Source: Octopus sinensis
Lineage: Eukaryota
Assembly (NCBI RefSeq): GCF_006345805.1
Contig: NC_043007.1
Location: forward strand, 74,338,001 to 74,402,000
Length of the DNA: 64,000 nt
Direction: 5' to 3'
Shown here: piece after piece, positions 63,700 through 64,000 of the stretch
Layout of the letters: each line of letters begins with the position of its first letter
Position numbering within the stretch: the stretch's first letter is position 1
Notes under the pieces: generated by a model
Database searches by the model: none
What the model was told of the DNA's origin: nothing
The model's input: the letters and a program-made list of their open reading frames with translations, nothing else
Program-made: the position numbers and the translations under genes

Positions 63700-64000
63700 A
63701 TATATATATACACGATGGGCTTCTTTCAGTTTCCTTCTACCACATCCACTCTCAAGGCTATTGTAGAAGGCACTTGTCTAAGGTGCCACACAGTGGGACT
63801 GAACCCAGAACTATGTGGTTGGTAAGCAAGCTACTTAGCATACAGCCACTCCTGCGCCTATGAAATAATTGGTAGACAGAAACTTTTATATATATATATT
63901 ATATATATTGTATGTATGTATATTTATGTGTGCCTTGGTTTTTGTCCCCCCCCCCACCACTTGACAACTGATGTGAGTGTATTTATGTCTCTGTAACTTA

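Overview
AT-rich, repeat-dense animal genomic DNA, most likely Octopus or another coleoid cephalopod. That assignment is inferred from several high-copy tRNA-derived SINE families, RTE/CR1 LINE debris and very dense (TA)n/(CA)n/(CAT)n microsatellites. No host protein-coding gene could be recognised, and nearly all ORFs in the track are microsatellite or SINE read-through. Real coding remnants are all transposon-derived: mariner, Tc1-like, hAT/Buster, RTE, CR1/L2-group and CRE-like. The main finding is at 1-948: a complete type I hammerhead ribozyme (618-724) with an unusually long stem II. It lies in a ~490-nt repeat unit present in tandem-overlapping and inverted arrangement, the architecture of a Penelope-like pLTR or non-LTR retrozyme. 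A second fold-back family sitting in (TA)n tracts (2233-2507, 28047-28457) carries hammerhead-like remnants. Also notable: tiny GG...CC TIR elements with 8-9 bp TSDs and internal telomere-type repeats, a heterodimeric SINE inserted twice at the same site of another SINE, several local inverted duplications, and a ~5-kb SINE-poor, CpG-retaining stretch (34.7-39.6 kb) that may hold promoters. SINE family labels A-D are my own, and only representative copies are listed.
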